NCBI GenBank assembly: GCA_963826785.1
Contig: CAWGYD010000008.1
Span: 256,001-320,000, forward strand
Origin: an uncultured delta proteobacterium
Lineage (GTDB): Bacteria; Desulfobacterota; Desulfobacteria; Desulfobacterales; Desulfosalsimonadaceae
Reading direction: 5' to 3'
DNA: 64,000 nucleotides
The notes beneath the pieces are model-generated. The model was not told the origin of the DNA, did no database searches, and was given only the letters and a program-made list of their open reading frames with translations. The stretch's first letter is position 1, and every line of letters starts with the position of its first letter. The position numbers and the translations under genes are program-made. Positions 63,035 to 64,000 of the stretch are shown here, in pieces.

Positions 63035-63267
63035 TTATCTTTCTCAAACTGATTAAATACTGATTGCATTGACAGGCACAGAACCGGAAACCTAATGCCA
63101 AATTTTTAAAATTCAAGGCGGACTGATAAATCGCGCGTAACGATTCCCCGGGAGAAGCATCTTGGCCGGCACGGTTTTTTTTGGCAACCCATGAATCGGA
63201 AAGGGGGTTTATATATGAGGGGGTGTAAAAAGAAAAGGAATAATTTCAGACGATATCAAAAGACAGT

Positions 63268-64000
63268 TCAATTCCGGGCCGTCGGAAGCTCCATCACGAA
63301 CCGGGCCCCCGGGGTGAAATTGGGGTCAAGATACAGCCGGCCGCCGTGCTCCGCTACAATCCCGTAGCTGATGGACAGGCCGAGCCCGGTCCCCTTGCCG
63401 GTCTCCTTGGTGGAAAAAAAAGGGTCGAAAATACGATCGATGAGCGGCAGGGGCACCCCCGTGCCGTTCTCCTCGACAGAAATGCGAAGCAGGTTCTTTT
63501 CGGCGGCCTCCGCCGCCACCCGGATGATTTTTTCGCCCTCGGGACCGTGCGCCTCATTCACCGCATCCCGGGCGTTGGTCAGCAGGTTCAAAATCACCTG
63601 CTGGATCTGCTGCTTGTTGCAGTTGACCAGCGGGAGATCCTCGGAGACATCGATATTCAGGGCAATATCATCATTTCGCATGACCGCGCGGACCAGGGGA
63701 ATCACGCCATATACCATATCATGCGGTGAGGTGTCGGCTTTGAGTTTTTTTTCCCTGCGGGCAAAAGAGAGAAGATCGGTGATCAGTTCATGCACCCGTG
63801 TGGTCTCGCGCTGGATTTTTCGGGCAAAATCGGCGATCCGGCTGTCATCTCCGGCGCTTTCCTCGATGAGCTGCGCATATCCGGAAATGCCCATGATGGG
63901 GTTGTTCACCTCGTGGGCGATACCGCTGGCCAGAAAACCGATGTCCTCCATTTTCTGCTGCTGCCGCAGCCGCATCTCGGACAGCTTCTCGCGGGTGATA
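63268..64000 (-). CDS. Sensor histidine kinase, C-terminal part (5' end outside the window)
   Basis: H-box IAHEVNNP, N-box NLLTNARDA, FDPFFSTK and GTGLGL. Confidence 0.9.
   Translation of the reverse strand, partial: ITREKLSEMRLRQQQKMEDIGFLASGIAHEVNNPIMGISGYAQLIEESAGDDSRIADFARKIQRETTRVHELITDLLSFARREKKLKADTSPHDMVYGVIPLVRAVMRNDDIALNIDVSEDLPLVNCNKQQIQQVILNLLTNARDAVNEAHGPEGEKIIRVAAEAAEKNLLRISVEENGTGVPLPLIDRIFDPFFSTKETGKGTGLGLSISYGIVAEHGGRLYLDPNFTPGARFVMELPTARN

Overview
This GC-rich 64-kb window looks like an anaerobic deltaproteobacterium (Desulfobacterota-like; inferred from gene content, not from a search). The left arm (1-15.3 kb) is ordinary core genome: a lipid/glycerol-type oxidoreductase and kinase, a complete sigma54-driven glnD-amtB-glnK-glnA nitrogen operon, an unknown GalT/HIT-like protein, PilZ, an M48 protease and crcB-DUF190. 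The middle (about 15.5-44.4 kb) is accessory DNA: an RND efflux pump, a CDF transporter, an arsenic operon, a type I restriction-modification locus with cargo genes, and a YihY/GMC-oxidoreductase/GH15 cluster. Every apparent frameshift in the window falls in this middle part. The right arm holds nifU-nifS-cysE-cysK-metY, hcp-cupin-hdrCB, napC-octaheme HAO-like-xdhC-mocA, usp-hemerythrin, typA and a partial histidine kinase. The main discovery is in the R-M locus. A REP-associated tyrosine transposase (RAYT) sits between the nuclease and motor domains of HsdR, and the reading frames suggest an HsdR-RAYT-HsdR fusion. Its GGAG-footed REP hairpins occur only inside hsdM and hsdR, and three clusters are translated in frame as peptide inserts. 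Also notable are scrambled hsdS target-recognition domains around an intact conserved core, a duplicated hsdR 5' end around cargo, an attC-like site at the end of the locus, and two other palindromic repeat families. No rRNA, tRNA, CRISPR array or integrase was found. All product calls come from motif recognition by eye.
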